Positions 40,401-52,366 of a stretch of 64,000 nt of DNA are shown piece after piece. Position 1 is the first letter of the stretch, and each line of letters starts with the position of its first letter. Made by a program: the position numbers and the translations under genes. A model generated the notes under the pieces. It ran no database searches, had not been told where the DNA came from, and saw nothing but the letters and a program-made list of their open reading frames with translations. This DNA comes from Scyliorhinus canicula (taxonomy: Eukaryota): positions 124,001-188,000 of the forward strand of contig NW_024056027.1 of assembly GCF_902713615.1 (NCBI RefSeq), written 5' to 3'.

Positions 40401-43400
40401 TCCAGCAGAGAAAGAGCAGGCCATAAATGTTCAGAAGCATAACAATTATATTCACCAATTTTCATTCATTTATGAATATAATTAATTAGATTCACAAATT
40501 GCCATCGTTCCACAAAGTACAATTTTAAATTAAGTTATACGGTGTGGCCGCCGAGGGCTAGGCCATGACTTATTGTCCATCGCTAATTGCCTTTCACAAA
40601 GAGGCGGTGAACTGTCTGTTTCAACCTCTGCAGTCACTCTGGTGTAGGTACACCGACGATGCTGTTAGGGAGGCAGTTGTAGGTTTTTGAATCACGACAC
40701 TGAAGATTCTGTGATATTTTTCCAAGTCAGGATAGTGAGTGATCTGGAGGGGAATTTCCAGGTGGTCATCTTCCCATGTGTCTGCTGCCTTTTCCTTCTA
40801 GAAGGTAATGGTCCTGGGTTTAGAAAGTGTTTCAAGGGAGACTTGCTGCGCTCCTGCAGCTCATCTTGTGGATGGTACATTATTGTCATTGTGCTTCGGT
40901 GGTGGATGGAATGAGTGTTTGCACATGGGGTGGCAATCAAGCGGAGCTGCTTTGGCCTGGAAGGTGTCAGAGTATTCAACAGTCCTGACTTGTGCCTTGC
41001 AGATGGTGAACAGGCTTTCGGAATCAGGAGGTGAGTTGCTCGCTGCAGGCTTCCGAGACGCTGACCGGATCTTGTAGCCTCAGCATTTATATGGTTAGTC
41101 CAGTACCGTTTCTGGTCAATAGTAACCCCAGTGTATTGATCGTGCGGGATTCAGCGATGGCAGCTTCAGTCAATATCAAGTGGCGATGGTGAGATTCTAT
41201 TTTGCTGGAGATGGTCATTGTTTAGCAATTCCGTGGCGAATATTACCAATTGTCACAATTCACAAAGTTAAATAATGATATTAATCAATTATCATCAACT
41301 CACAACATAAAACGTTATATTCACCAATTATGATCCACACTTTTTTTTACAAACTGTAAATGCAATTCATTTAAGGGAGGTGGATTTGAGACCAGGAAGA
41401 GATCAGCCATGATGATTGAATGGCGGAGCAGGCTCAAAGGGCTGAACTGCCTACTTCCGCTCCTAATTCCTATAGTCATATGTTCAACATAATTTAATTG
41501 AGATAGGATTGACTATTCTGTCACCGAGTAGTCACATCTGCATCAGAATTCAATGTGAAATGGAATTAAACCAGACCGAGGATTATGTGCAGCTACCCAG
41601 CAGCCTCTGCGTTGTATTGGTCAGTAATCTCCTCATCGTCACACAGAATCTCCAGACTGGAGTGTGAGATGATTTTTAAAGTGTCGGTAGAAATGAAAAT
41701 GTCTGTACCCAATGTGACGCTGATGAATCTTTGAATCCCAGTATGTTATTACAATGATTTGGAAACTAATTCAACGTCTGCATCTGTCCACTGAGTTTCA
41801 CAGTATTTCAGATTTCACATTAATGTGTTTTCAGTCTGGTGTCTTCATTAATTTGGGTGAGGACATCTTAATTGACCTATTGTACATGAAATTACCACAT
41901 GTTCCAAATATTACAACCGTCCCCCCTCAACGTCATCATGTTCCTGCTTTCTGTCTTTGAGATGAAGATTCGCCATCAGCAGAGAAGAATCACCAGAACC
42001 GCAGGATATCTCAAGTTTCCTCTTAGTGACGTCCATCTCATCAGTTCCCGATAGTCTGGGGATGGAATTCACCCAGAAAAGCTTGAGCCACCGAATGCAT
42101 TATACTGACACAAATTATAAAGGGCCTGATTTAATTTGTGAAGTCATCAAGCACAAAACTGAGAATGTAGAACAGCATCTTTCAGGACCATCTATCCATG
42201 CATCCATCAAACCCATTCACCGATTCCACAATCAAAATATTCAGGCATCTAACAAACATCCATCCCTACATCAAAGCAATAATCCCTTTATCTTTTGGGT
42301 CGGTAGTGGGGGAGTATTAATGACATTGAACCAATAATCCAAAGGCCCGGGCTAATTCTGTGGGGGCTTGGGTACAAATCCCACCATGGCCGGTGGGGGA
42401 ATTTGAGTTCAGTTAATAAATCCGGAATACATACTAATGGTCACCATGAAACCCCCTCTGCTTCACTAATGAAGGAAATCTGACATCCCTCCCTGGTCTC
42501 ACATACATGTGGCTCCAGTCGGCAGCAACATGTCTGACTCTTCAGTTCCTTCTGAGCTGGCCCAGCAAACCACTCAGTTCAACAGCAATTAGGGCAGGAA
42601 CACATGGTGGTCTTGCCAGTGACTCCCACATTCCATGGAAGAATAAAGGGAAAAACACGTAAATGTACATGTTTATCTATTACAAAATGTAGCCCCTGTC
42701 TGATAGTCTGCTTGTATTCCTATCCATCATCACAATGTTATGAGATGTGGGAGAGATACTCCAGCCGGCAATTGCTACGATTGGTCAGAGAAGCTGGATA
42801 ACTCTCCTTTCCTTAGAGATGGGAACAGTTCAAATAGGTTCACAATTTAAAACATAAAAAGATCTCCAGTACTGTTGCTGGGTAGATTTGCTTATAAATA
42901 GTCCTCATTGACAATGTTAAGAGTTTGAAGTTGGATTGCAGCCAAGCGGTCAGTACTGAGCAAACAGATCTTTGAAAAAAAAGTACAGATGTTTCCTGTA
43001 AACAACATTGAACATTCGAGCCTCCCTGACTGCAGGCGGCTGGATTGCTGCCAAATACTGTGTGGGGCAGTTTAACCTGAATATGAATGGATTAAATGGG
43101 ATTTATCCATTCAAACAATAAATGTTTTAGTCGCACATGAAGTGAACGTTTTAAATGGTGTTCCATGCAAATAAATATATTCACTGAATGTTTTGTTCAC
43201 TATGAGATTAAACATGATCGGAAAATAGTAACCTGACCAGATGCTATTTAATTTATAATAGTTCTGAGTAAAGATCACTCTAGTTATTAAAGTCCGTTTG
43301 TTGAGAACCGAATGAAGTGAGAGAGTGATTGGTGTTGATGGACACAATCTACAAGTTCAATAAGATGACTCCAATTCCAAAAAATAAAATAAAATGAAAT

Positions 43401-44324
43401 AAAAGTAAATAAACTGCATTGAACTCGGGGGATTCCTGGGATCATCTCCGTTAAACGGAGGCGTCTCTTATACCCGATTAACACCGTGTTCTGTACAGTT
43501 TAATTTGTGCTGATTTCCATTATTTAACAGTCCCTCTCATTGCTGCCAATGAGTGGAGAAATGACCAGTTCATGACCTGCTTCAGTGGAAGATAAAACAT
43601 TTATTCCTGTGATATTGTGTAATATGCCGCAAAGTCCTGATATCCTGTGTTCCCAACACCAGTGAATGTTAGACAGCCGGTGGTCAGTAAAATTAGCGGC
43701 AATAATTTGGATGCTGAAGGATAACTTTGCTGATCACCGTGTCAGTTCTGATTCATTAACTTCTCTGTCAAAAGCTGTTGTTAATTTTATGTTTCTCTGT
43801 CAACTCACTGCTGAATTATCAGGCAAGCGGCTTCTTTTACCGCTAATGTTCACAGGACTGTCTGTGGCTCAGGGGCAAATCGAGAAATGTAAAGAGAGAC
43901 ATTGTGTAATGTTAGAGTTTCTTTTGTCTACAGACCCACATTGTACAGTGATGACCATCCGCACTGCAAATGTAATCACGTCATTCATTCCCTCATTTAG
44001 TTACATTATGTCTGATAAATTATACTTTATTGTTGTAATGGGATAGAGTCCCGGAGTGTTGCAAATCTAACTGACAGACGATTTATTCCCTGATAATGTA
44101 ATTTGATCTATTTGTGTTCATCCCTTTATATTGGAGTGTAGAAATAAAGAGACTTAATATATAATGGAATTAGATTTTACTTAGAGAAGTTCAAGTATAA
44201 TTTTCCATTCGGATGAGGATAGACATTACAATTAATCCATTCAGCCAAACAATTATACCGATCTAATGTATTTTTTAAAATAATATCCTATAGTAAATCT
44301 CTGAGTCCATTCTGTTGGGGGTGT

Positions 44325-44414
44325 GGAAGGCGGGACGTGGATCCAGTCGCCGCCTCCACCAGGGAATCAACAGGCGGCGCCTGGAAAGCCGCCCCCTTCT
44401 GCCGGGTATTTAAA
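44325..44414 (+). promoter_or_regulatory. Putative VH promoter: GC-rich block plus TATA-like TATTTAAA (44407-44414), no exact octamer
   Basis: TATTTAAA lies about 90 bp upstream of the leader ATGs. GC-box-like GGCGGG and CCGCCCCC and a GACGTG motif sit just upstream. I saw no exact ATGCAAAT/ATTTGCAT nearby, consistent with the reported octamer-less shark IgH promoters. Confidence 0.55.
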
Positions 44415-44505
44415 TGCCGCTCACTGGGACCCGAATCCAACAGTCCGGGAGCTGGTTTGTTCACTGAGTTCCTGACACAACCATTTCCCCCAAATGACCA
44501 GAAGG

Positions 44506-44551
44506 ATGAGGTGGGCCATTTCTCTCAGTTTGTTGCTGACTTTCTTATCCC
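44506..44551 (+). CDS. IGHV: IgH leader exon (MRWAISLSLLLTFLS + phase-1 C); an in-frame upstream ATG at 44494 would add MTRR
   Basis: 46-nt hydrophobic signal-peptide exon ending C|GTGAGT at 44552. It splices in frame to the acceptor TTTTTACAG|G at 44680, giving R-V-Q-S-D-V-V-L. Confidence 0.9.
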
Positions 44552-44679
44552 GTGAGTAGTTTTTATTGTCCAAGTCTCTCACTGTTACTGTCTCAGTGTT
44601 AGTCTCTCCTCTGAATGTTCCAGAGTCACCAATCATTTCACCAGCATTAATCCTCGGGCTTTTTGATATATTTTTACAG

Positions 44680-44984
44680 GTGTCCAGTCGGATGTTGTGT
44701 TGACTCAGCCAGAGGCAGAGACCGGGCGTCCCGGAGGCTCCCTGACACTGACCTGTAAAACCAGCGGCTTCGATCTCGGCACCGCTTACATGCAGTGGGT
44801 CCGCGAGGTTCCCGGCCAGGGGCTGGAGTGGCTGCTTTACTACTATAGTTCATCCAGCAACAACTACGCCCCAGCCATTAAAGATCGATTCACTGCGTCC
44901 AAAGACACTTCAAACAACATCTTATCTTTGGCCATGAGGAGTCTGAAGACCGAAGACACCGCCATCTATTACTGTGCAAGACAC
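44680..44984 (+). CDS. IGHV: Unrearranged VH exon, shark IgM type, open frame
   Basis: [100 protein letters not shown]. Canonical Cys, Trp and YYC motifs are present, and the sequence resembles horn/nurse shark IgM VH as I recall them. Confidence 0.97.
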
Positions 44985-45023
44985 CACAGCGAGAGGAACC
45001 AGGGCTGGACCCGCACAAGAACA
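44985..45023 (+). other. VH 3' recombination signal sequence (23-RSS)
   Basis: Heptamer CACAGCG 44985-44991, 23-nt spacer 44992-45014, nonamer ACAAGAACA 45015-45023. Confidence 0.92.
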
Positions 45024-45393
45024 GCTCGAGAGGGAATTCAGCAACTTGCAGCTTAACCTGAAGGTCAGCACTTGATTCAAATGTAATATTAATGTCAGTG
45101 ATCAGAGTCAATGCACACGCTGCTTCTTACATAACTAACACAGAGAAAATTAAACAGTAAAACTGAACAAACCAATTGATATAATAGGATGAGCTTGTGT
45201 CAGTTTATATTTATTGTTAACAGTTTCAGCTATTACAGACTTGTATATAATCATCGTTTTATTATTTCTGATACTTGGGCAAATCTATGTACATTGGATT
45301 TGATAAACTGCTGTATAAATTGTAAATTAGATCAGAAGTAAACGTGTATTTGAAGTGAATATTGAGCGGCAGGACTGAACAGAGAGTGAGTGC

Positions 45394-45421
45394 AGTTTTT
45401 ATGCGGGTGTCTGTCACTGTG
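45394..45421 (-). other. D 5' RSS (12-RSS)
   Basis: Nonamer AGTTTTTAT 45394-45402, 12-nt spacer, heptamer CACTGTG 45415-45421. Confidence 0.92.
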
Positions 45422-45434
45422 ACTACAACTGGGG
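45422..45434 (+). other. DH gene segment ACTACAACTGGGG (13 nt)
   Basis: Bounded by two 12-RSSs. All three forward frames are open (TTTG, LQLG, YNW). Confidence 0.93.
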
Positions 45435-45462
45435 CACAGCAGTTACTGTCAATACAAAAAGC
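45435..45462 (+). other. D 3' RSS (12-RSS)
   Basis: Heptamer CACAGCA 45435-45441, 12-nt spacer, nonamer ACAAAAAGC 45454-45462. Confidence 0.92.
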
Positions 45463-45783
45463 CCCTCAGCACTAATTAACTGAAGCTGGCTCAGTGCTCA
45501 CGTTTATAATCCAACTTTATTCACAGTGAAGCATTATTTGATTCCAGCAATGAGAAAATAATAAGAATTAATGTGGAAAATTGGTGGTCGTTATTTAGTC
45601 ACAGTTGGTGTTTTCAATAACATTTCCATGTCTGTGAAATATAAAACATTCGGTCATTAATGAAGAAAGAACGGTATCCACAAATATTAATATAATTTCC
45701 TGAAAATTAATCGTGAATCTCTTTGCAGTTGGTTTGTGAATATTTAAAATAATGCTGGATTTCTGTCTATTTTGTGCAGATGC

Positions 45784-45822
45784 GGTTATTGTATGGAGCA
45801 GCTCAGGGAATGTGACACTGTG
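45784..45822 (-). other. JH 5' RSS (23-RSS)
   Basis: Nonamer GGTTATTGT 45784-45792, 23-nt spacer, heptamer CACTGTG 45816-45822. Confidence 0.93.
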
Positions 45823-45870
45823 ACATCATGGGCTACTGGGGACAAGGCACCATGGTGACGGTGACTGCAG
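45823..45870 (+). CDS. IGHJ: JH segment (IMGYWGQGTMVTVTA)
   Basis: WGQG motif and phase-1 donor GCAG|GTAAGA at 45871. Confidence 0.96.
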
Positions 45871-48800
45871 GTAAGAACCATTCCATTATTTACCAACTGT
45901 TTTACTTGAGTATTTGTTTTATATTTTTCTGCATTTTCAAAATCTATTCGTTCACTGAAATGTGTTTTGTTGGATCATGTATTGAGATGTTGTTGCAATG
46001 TTTCATTTGATTCTGCTGAAAGGGGGATATAGAATCCCGAGGTTTCTTGACAGATAGATGCTGCTGAGGGATTCAGTCCCTGTTTGCTCTGATTTGATGT
46101 TTATTTGCTGAGGATTCTGTGTGGCTGGGTTACTTTAAATGCAAAACGTCTGTTTTTACCCCATGTTTAATCTCGGTTCTATCTAATGTCTGCAGCTTGT
46201 ACCGTCTTCCGCACAAGTGTTTGAGATCGAACCCAACATTGACAAAATGTGTTAAAGTTTCTGTATTATCTTATTGAACATGTTCTGCTTACTGAAAGTG
46301 CTGATGGTATTATTCAAGTTTTCTGTTTAGTTTACCTGTTCATTCATTTGATGACATGAGGGTTTGGTGCTCTAAATTGAGATGTTCTTGCAATGTTACA
46401 TTTGGTTCTGTTGAAAGTGTTTGTAGAATTGAGCTGTTTCTCCATGATGTTTCACTCCTTCAGTGATGTGATTTGGTGTTTTCCTGCTGAGGAATGTTTT
46501 GGGTGACTTTGTGTAGAAAAGTTTGTGAAACGGTTTGGTGTGTCTGTATTGTTTCAACTCGGTGACACTGAGCGGTTACACGGTTTGTGATTGAATGCAG
46601 AGTCTGCGTGTTGGAAACTGCTTGTCGCAGGATTATCGGCTGAGAACAGGGAGGCTGTTTCTGCATCTTGAAAAAAAAGTGAAAATTGCAGCTTAAACTA
46701 AGCCAGGTTTTCGACAAATCCTTTCCGAGCAGAAGTTGTTGCTGCAATCAGTTTGCCGTTTGTGCAAAGTTTAATCTCGGTGGCATCTGATGGTTGCAGC
46801 TTTTACGATCAACTGTAATCATTAAAAACATTTAAATGTGTTTGAAAAATGACTCAGTATGAAAAAAATGGTTAAGTTTCAATATTTATTTGTTGTTAAT
46901 ATTCGAGCACCTCACAGTGATATTTGTGTTATTCCACATTTCTGTTTAGTTTAATAATTTATACATTTGGTTACGAGCTGGTTTGCTGGATATTGATATT
47001 TTCTTGCAATATTAAGATTGATCCAGTTCGGTGCAGAGTTGAGCTGCTTCTCCATAAATGGGTTTCAGTCCTTCATTGATGTGATTTAGTGTTTTGTTCT
47101 GTTGAGGAGATTGTGTATCTGGGTGACTTTAAATGATTCAGATCTGTCAAACGGTGCAGCGTTTCTGCATTGTTTAAACTCGGTGACACTGAGCGGTTAC
47201 ACATTTTCTGGTTGAATGCAAACAGCCTCGGCGTTTGAAAATGCTTGAAGGGCGATTGTCCGGAGAAAACAGCCAGATTTAAGAAAATAATTTAATAAAG
47301 ATATGTTGATGCATTTTGTAATTTTAACTGAAGATTCCAGATTAAACGAAATAATGACTGAAACGCCCATGCAGAACATAGTTACATTTATATAATTCAA
47401 ACAATTGCAATGCGGTGATACAACTCCATATTAACCAAAGGTTATTTTATATTAATATAATTAATCATTAATCACCTTTCGCAATCATACTGTGTTCTGC
47501 ACGAGGTTAACATGACGGGACAGGTTTCTAGGCTGGAAATACATTGTAATTCCAGTTATTCTATTATGTCAGTGCCGCTGCAACCATATTATACCTTCAC
47601 TGTAATGCATAGTTGGATAGCGAGGTAATTATCATTAATCTAATCTTAAACAGGTTTCTGAGATGTGGAAGTCGCTGCCAATCAAGGAATTGTTCCCATG
47701 ATTTTATTTGTATTGTAGGAAAGTTCAGATTGCCTATGGCAAGAGATTGAAAAGTAAAAGCTTGAATGTCAAACCGATTTATTTATTTACAAAAGGTTAA
47801 CAGTACCTTTGCATTTTATAATGACCTCCTGTCTCCCACAGCTGCGCTCTACACACGATAGAATGATAGGAAAACAGATGATAGGAAAGAAAGAATGATT
47901 ATACCTTAGCTTTAGGCTTAAATTTTATTAAATGCTAAATTCAACATCAAATTATCGAATCTACTTGCTCATAATGTGTCAGTTTTACAAATGATTTGAA
48001 TAAACATTACTGAGCTGTTCTCGTTATATTCATTACTTTCTGATAATGGTGTTTATGATTTATCAATGTGTTCAGAAAGGCGCAGATTTTACACATTTGT
48101 AGGTTAATTGGGCAATTGGAGTTTTAAAAAATTAAAATGTGAATACAGTCAATTAAATGTTAAAATGTTTCCATCTAGTAATTTGGAGTATATTGCTCAA
48201 CATTGTTTGATTGTCAGGTTGTTTTAATTAAACCCCAATTATTTCATAAAGCTCTGGGTAAAAACAAATTAGGGATTATTGAAAACTATTTTTATTATAT
48301 TTATTATTATAGTACAGATAATCTAATAAAGAATTAGCTGACAATTAACAATAACTTACAATACAATATCAGTGAGAATTAAGTCAACATAAATGACCTC
48401 CTACAATTGAGTTGTATCCTGGCAATATCTCAAAAGTTTTAGAGAATTTTAATAATATCTGAAATGAATTTAGGAAACTATACATTTCATTATACTGCTG
48501 TGTGCAGCTAAACTCTTTTACCGATTACATTATTTTGCCCTGATTCTTTTTCTGATTACATTTAATTGTAATTTTAGATCATATCAGTGGGTAATGTGAA
48601 TATTTTCTGGTTTGTTTAATTATTGCCCTGTCACTGTGTCTCTGTTACGTCATTAATCTACCCTGAATCTGTAATATTTAATCTGCTAATTTTCAGCAAA
48701 ACTACTTTTTGCTCAATTATCGAGATTTGAGACAGACAGGGAAAAATAGTTAAAAGTCGAATATGATATTGAAATTAATGTCAGTTTAATTTCAAATAAA

Positions 48801-49569
48801 TTACTGAATTATTGTTGTCAGAAGTTGACCACTGATCAATTAGAATCAAACAATTTCATGAAATTGACAGATTGAACAGATTTATCAGCTGGAACTCGAT
48901 TGTTGCCATGTGTGTCTGTTCAGTTTCTGTGCGCGCGGTCACTGTGCTGGGACCAGGAATCTTCCTGACTGGTTGTAAATCTTCTGCTTCATTTTGCAGT
49001 ATTTCAGGGAGTGCAATTTGATCAAGTCCTTCAATAGAACTTGTATATGTGTGGGATGTGGAAATTGTACTTGATGTTTGACTAGGCGACTCAGAAAAGG
49101 GATTCCAAACCCAGATTGTGACAGTCAGAAAGAATTCAGCAACGCCAGACAGGCTGGAAAAGGAGATTCGGTTGTATTTTAATCAGTGATATATTGGTTC
49201 TGGGAATTTTCGATTCGGCAATGCAGAGGGCGATTTATTGAGTTACATTCCGTGCTATGGCCGTACTTGATCTATTTAATGGGTCAGTGCAGCGGAGAAA
49301 TCATTTTGCATTTTATTTTTAATCCTAGGATTCTGGAGGCGCTGTCAAAGCCAGATTTTATTATATATGCCTGTGTCCCCTGGGAAAGTTTTGATGCGAA
49401 GCATCCTTGAATAGCTGCAGTCCATGTGGCGGAGGACTATCCGCAATATTGTCAGGGAGAGATTTCCAGAATTTTGGCTCGGTGACAGTGAAGGAATAGC
49501 GCTATATTTCCAAATCAGGATGGTGAGTGTCTTGGAAGCGAACTTGCAGGTTTTGGTGCACCCATACAT

Positions 49570-51410
49570 CGACAGAAACATATACATACTCTCGCTCTCT
49601 TACACACGTTCTCTCACAGCCTCACACAAACTCATTCTCTCACGCACATAATAACAATACTTCTTTCAAACATACACACTGTGCCTCACACACAATCGCA
49701 CACTCACAATCTCACTCAGACACACTGTGACGATCTGTCTCACACACACATTCGCTCACACGCTCTCTCACTCGCACACGCTCTATCTCACACGAACTCT
49801 CTTTCACCAAATCTCTCTGATACACCTTGCCTCTCTCTCTCACACTCTCAAACACACAGACCGTCTCTCTCCCTCACATACATGCATAATCGCTCTTCAA
49901 ACACGGCATTGTTTCTTTCAGGCTCTCTCTCACGCACATTCCCTTATACATACATACACAATATCTCAGACGCACACAAACTCGCCAACACGTTATTGCT
50001 CTCTCACTCTCTCGCTCTCACGCAGTCTCACACGTGCACCCCGGCACATACCCTCTCTCTCTCATGAACAGTCTGTCTCATTCTCTCTCTGACACACAAT
50101 CTTTCTCTCTTTCAGGCATGCAGTATCTCGCACCTTCTCTCTCACATTCGCTCTCTCTGACACACACTCTCTCATACGCACATTCTTTGTCTCACACACT
50201 CCCTCTCTATCAGACACACTATCCCAGATACATATACCCTCTCTCCCCCACACACAATCTCACATCCATAATCGCTCTTCAAATATAATTATTCCTTCGT
50301 TCACACACACAATCTCTAACATACTATCTCTCTCCCTTTCTCTCACACACACTCCCACAGACACACACGCACGGTGTCACACACATACATTCTCTCACCT
50401 GCTCTCATGCACACTGTGTCACGTCTCTCTCACACACAATCTCTCTTTCGCACATGCACACTCTCATACACAACCACACATACTCACCCAAGCACTTATT
50501 TCTCTCACACACAAACACTGGTACATACATATCTCGTAAAAACATTTTATTTCACTCAAACACAGACATGTTCTTTGGCACACTCTCTCACACGTTCTCT
50601 CATAAACACACAAACTCGGCCGCACAATCTGTCCTTCTCTGACACACCGTCTCTCCCTCACACAGATACAAACACTCGCACACAAACAGCATCTCGCAAA
50701 CACACATATTCTCTCACTCAAACACAGACATGTTCCTTGGCATACTCTATCACACGTTCTCAGAAACACACAAACGCGCCCCCACATTCTGTCTCTCTCT
50801 GACACACGTGGTCTCTCTCTCACTGTTTTAGGTACACACCCACATGCTCTCTAATCTCTGTCACACACACTCAACCATACACACACTATCTCGAACTCGC
50901 GCACACAACCTGCCATTTACACACACACACACATTGCCTCTCTCTCCTCACTCACACACAAAATCTCACACACACATCCCCCCACACACACTCACACAGA
51001 AACTCTCCCTTGCAAATTATTTTGTTCTCCCTCTAACACCTATCTCACATACATACACGTGCTCTGTCTCTCTCTCACACACACAGGAACACACACATGG
51101 AGACACACAGGAACACACACATACGTTCACACACACTTACACTCAGACGCGCAACACGGCAACACACACACACGCAAGGAAACACACACACATACACTCA
51201 GGAGCACACACACACTCAACACAGACACAGCAACACAAACATGGACACACACACGCTCACAGACACACATGAACACAGAGGAACACGCTCACAGACATAC
51301 AGAGGGATACACACACACAGGAACAGACACACGCTCACACACACACACACGCGAACACTTAAGAACTCGCACACAGGGACACACATACAAGAACGCATAG
51401 ACAGCTGAGA
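49570..51410 (+). repeat. Degenerate (CA)/(CT)-rich low-complexity tract
   Basis: Continuous CACACA/CTCTCT mosaic. The His/Thr/Leu/Ser-rich ORFs here are by-products of the repeat. Confidence 0.9.
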
Positions 51411-52217
51411 GTTGACTGTTCGTGACATCAACATTTAAACCAGTGTTGCATCAAGGACCCCGAGCGAAACTGAAGTTTAGGGAATCAGGGGAAAATCCCC
51501 GCTGGTTTGAGTCATACCGAGCGGAAGATGTTTCAATTGTTGGAGGTCAATCATCTCAGTTGCAGGACAACACTGAAGGGTTCCTTAGTGTCGGCCCCAC
51601 CATCTTTAGCTGCTTCAGCAAAAAGATGTGCAAGTCCAAAGATGTGCAGGTTAGGTGGATTGGCCATGATAGATTGCCCTTAGTGTTCAAAATTGCCCTT
51701 AGTGTTGGGTGGGGTTGCTGGGTTATGGGTGGAGGTGTTGACCTTGGGTAGGGTGCTCTTTGCAAGAGCCAGCGCAGACTCGATGGGCCGAATGGCCTCC
51801 TTTTGCACTGTAAATTCTATGAAAATTCTATGAAAAGCAATGACCTTCCAAAGTCAGAAATGGGGATTTTGGCTGATCATTGAACGATGTTCAGCACCAT
51901 TCACGACTCCGCAATTACTGAAGCAGTCCATTGCTAAATGCAGCAAGATCTGGACTATATCCAGGCTTGGGCTGACAAGGGAAAAGTAACATTCGTACCA
52001 GACAAGTGCACGCAATGGACATCTCAAACAAGCGAAGATCGAACGATCACCCCATGCCATTCAATGGAATTACCATCGCTGAATCTCCTGCTGACCATTG
52101 ACCAGAAACTGAACTGGACTCGCCATATACACTGTGTGGCTGTGACAACAGGTCAGAGACTCGGAATTCTGCAACAAAACACCTCCTGACACCCCAAAGC
52201 CTGTCCACCATCTGCAA

Positions 52218-52346
52218 CACCAGGTTAAAGTCCAACAGGTTTGTTTGGAATCCCTAGCTTTCGGAGCTCAGTTCCTTCATCAGGTGAGTCACCTGAGTGA
52301 GACTTCTTACTGTGCTCACCACAGTCCAACGCCGGCATCTCCATAT
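52218..52346. mobile_element. 129-bp Penelope pseudo-LTR mini-insertion
   Basis: Inverted piece plus terminal piece of the same pLTR, with a 12-bp TSD CACCATCTGCAA at 52206-52217 and 52347-52358. Confidence 0.8.
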
Positions 52347-52366
52347 CACCATCTGCAAGGCACATT

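Noticed and set aside
45116-45175. Possible vestigial D1 (CACGCTG ... CACAGAG ... ACAAACCAA)
   Set aside because: There is no 5' nonamer, the 3' spacer is 21 nt and the nonamer match is poor. It is indistinguishable from chance in AT-rich DNA.
45522-45528. Perfect heptamer CACAGTG between D and J
   Set aside because: There is no acceptable nonamer at 12 nt (ATTCCAGCA) or 23 nt (GAGAAAATA), and no partner 5' RSS.
49527-51434. His/Thr/Ser-rich ORFs
   Set aside because: Translations of CA/CT low-complexity sequence.
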